Below, one piece after another: positions 62,262-64,000 of a stretch of DNA of 64,000 nt. Made by a program: the position numbers and the translations under genes. This DNA comes from Trichormus sp. ATA11-4-KO1. GTDB taxonomy: Bacteria; Cyanobacteriota; Cyanobacteriia; Cyanobacteriales; Nostocaceae. The stretch lies in NCBI GenBank assembly GCA_019358915.1, contig JAHHIM010000002.1, forward strand, positions 126,308-190,307. The letters are read 5' to 3'. Within the stretch, counting starts at the first letter, position 1; every line of letters begins with the position of its first letter. Below the pieces are notes generated by a model. That model was not told the origin of the DNA and made no database searches. It saw only the letters and a list, made by a program, of their open reading frames with translations.

Positions 62262-63476
62262 ATGAATCAACCGAGGATAGCTTACATTTCCTTCGATATT
62301 GTACCCGCATCAAAGGGTGCAGCAATTCATATTATGGCTTTTTCTAAGGCTTTAGCAATGGCTTTTGGCGATATCCAGTTAGTAACAGTTTCTCCTACAG
62401 CAGAACCGATAAATTCTGATGAAATTTTCCCGCAAGTTATGCAGACAATGTTGCCTGCCGTGGGTAATAATTTAATTCAACGAATTTTGTATTTTCAAAA
62501 TTTACTGCGGCTGTGGTTGCAAGGTCGCCGATTTGAAACAGTGCATATTCGTTCGATTTATGAAGGCTTTGTCATTGCACTTAATAAAAAGCAATATTGC
62601 GATAAATTAATCTTTGAAGTTAATGGCTTACCTTCGATTGAGCTAAAATATCGCTATCCTGCTGTTGCTGATGATCGAGAACTACTGCACAAATTGCACT
62701 CCCAAGAACAAATTTGTTTGGCAGCAGCCGATTTAATTGTGACTCCCAGCAGTGTTACCGCCGCATATTTACAAAGCCGAAATGTCCCGGCACAGAAAAT
62801 TCGAGTAATTCCCAACGGTGTAGATTTAGATGTGTTTACCTACCGTTTAAAAAACTCAAACTGGAAGTCTGAGGATATCTTTGTCAATGCACCCTTACAA
62901 ATGTTATATTTTGGCACACTTTCGCCTTGGCAAGGTGTAAATTTAGCAATTGAAGCTTTAGAACTGGTAAATAAAGATTTACTTGCCTGTTTAACAGTAA
63001 TTGGACAAGGTAGAGATGATCAAATTAAAAAATTAAAGCAGCTAGCATTAAAGTTGGGAGTAGCAGATAAGCTGACTATTTTAGCACCGATATCGCAAAC
63101 AAAGTTGGTTAAACATATTCATGCTTCAGATATGATTTTGGCACCATTAATGCCCAGCGATCGCAATTTAGTTCAAGGTTGTTGTCCCTTGAAGATTTTA
63201 GAAGGTATGGCAACGGGAATACCTGTAATTGCTAGTGATTTGCCAGTGGTGCGGGAATTAGGCGAAGACGGAGGACATTTTTTGTTAGTCAAGCCAGGTT
63301 CAGCCAAAGCAATTAAAGATGCAGTGTTACGATTGCAAAATGATATTGAATTAGCAACTCAAATAGCATTGAATGCCCGGAGGCGAATTGAGGAGTATTA
63401 CACTTGGAGACGTGCAGGAGAAGCTTTGACAGGCGCTTACGCTGAATTGGGAATCAAGCGGTCAATTAAAGTTTGA
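62262..63476 (+). CDS. Glycosyltransferase family 4
   Basis: KGAAIHI, FEVNGLPS, VIPNGVD, YFGTL.PWQG, PLKILE.MA.G.PVIASD. Confidence 0.9.
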   Translation: MNQPRIAYISFDIVPASKGAAIHIMAFSKALAMAFGDIQLVTVSPTAEPINSDEIFPQVMQTMLPAVGNNLIQRILYFQNLLRLWLQGRRFETVHIRSIYEGFVIALNKKQYCDKLIFEVNGLPSIELKYRYPAVADDRELLHKLHSQEQICLAAADLIVTPSSVTAAYLQSRNVPAQKIRVIPNGVDLDVFTYRLKNSNWKSEDIFVNAPLQMLYFGTLSPWQGVNLAIEALELVNKDLLACLTVIGQGRDDQIKKLKQLALKLGVADKLTILAPISQTKLVKHIHASDMILAPLMPSDRNLVQGCCPLKILEGMATGIPVIASDLPVVRELGEDGGHFLLVKPGSAKAIKDAVLRLQNDIELATQIALNARRRIEEYYTWRRAGEALTGAYAELGIKRSIKV

Positions 63477-63873
63477 AGTCGTTGTTGCTCTTGAGTTATA
63501 GAATATTCAGTGAGGATGCGATCGCGTGCTGCTTGCATAATTGTATTTTTTTGTGCTGATGTCATTGCCAAACATTCCAGCACCGCTTCACCCAACTTAT
63601 GTAATTGAGAACGCGGCAATATAAAACCATTTTCACCATGTAAAATCACCTCAGGAATCCCACCCGCATCACTCGCAATACAACAACAACCACAAGCCAT
63701 TGCTTCTAGCAATGCATTTGGCATTCCCTCCCACAATGAAGGCTGAAGATAAACGTCACATAGCCGCAGATATTCAGCAACTATTTTGGCATTGGCTAAG
63801 TGTCCTGTAATGATAATTCGCTGGGCATCTTCTGGCTGTTGAGTTTTATAAACTTGCAACACAGAATCCTGAG
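63437..63873 (-). pseudogene. C-terminal part of a GT4 glycosyltransferase interrupted by an IS
   Basis: PSLWEGMPNALLEAMACG...SDAGGIPEVI; the frame (..QDSVLQ) runs up to the IS terminus at 63874. Confidence 0.8.
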
Positions 63874-64000
63874 CTGACTTTTCCCGTTAAGTCTGTTTAG
63901 CAAGCTTCCAGCCCTCACAGAGGTCATGCAATTTTAACCAACCGCGCCACAGGACTTGAATACCAATGGGTGTTTTGCTTCGATGTTCGAGGTAGCCACC
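63874..64000 (-). mobile_element. Terminus of IS4-family (IS50/Tn5-like) insertion sequence
   Basis: Terminal sequence CTGACTTTTCCCGTTAAGT (63874-63892) resembles the IS50 outside end CTGACTCTTATACACAAGT. Confidence 0.85.
63887..64000 (-). CDS. IS4-family transposase C-terminus (partial)
   Basis: Hand translation GGYLEHRSKTPIGIQVLWRGWLKLHDLCEGWKLAKQT*; GG.L...PG...LWRG is the Tn5-type dimerisation motif. Confidence 0.88.
   Translation of the reverse strand, partial: GGYLEHRSKTPIGIQVLWRGWLKLHDLCEGWKLAKQT

Larger units (their letters stand above)
1031..63525. repeat. HIP1 octamer GCGATCGC, dispersed through the window
   Basis: Many copies in coding and non-coding DNA (first 1031-1038, last 63518-63525); not counted exactly. 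Confidence 0.95.

Overview
Chromosomal segment of a filamentous, heterocyst-forming cyanobacterium (Nostocales). This is inferred from abundant HIP1 octamers GCGATCGC, heptameric tandem repeats, psbY, a helical carotenoid protein, pilMNOQ, a HetZ-related gene and the divergent rel/patD pair. Most of the ~55 CDS are housekeeping or conserved cyanobacterial genes (map, folC, ubiD, larC, rbfA, panE, selO, rel, ftsW, ABC parts). I found no rRNA, tRNA or CRISPR array. Mobile DNA consists of an IS701 remnant, the end of an IS4/IS50-like element that interrupts a glycosyltransferase at the right edge, REP/MITE-like elements, and ~24-nt dispersed repeats nested up to three deep. The most interesting signals are: (1) an HTH-STAND-TPR protein with three CTAC-N4-TCCTAC boxes between it and two divergent small membrane-protein genes; (2) a PD-(D/E)XK nuclease with a consensus cyanobacterial LexA box, overlapping a Dam-like methylase tail-to-tail; (3) an uncharacterised membrane protein-lipoprotein-FHA-glycosyltransferase operon upstream of ftsW; (4) a Zn/Mn-type binding lipoprotein with all four metal ligands apparently replaced; (5) a membrane-anchored protein resembling a Rieske-oxygenase catalytic domain without a Rieske domain; (6) an Rpn gene with a candidate internal start. 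All assignments come from motif recognition by eye; no searches were run.
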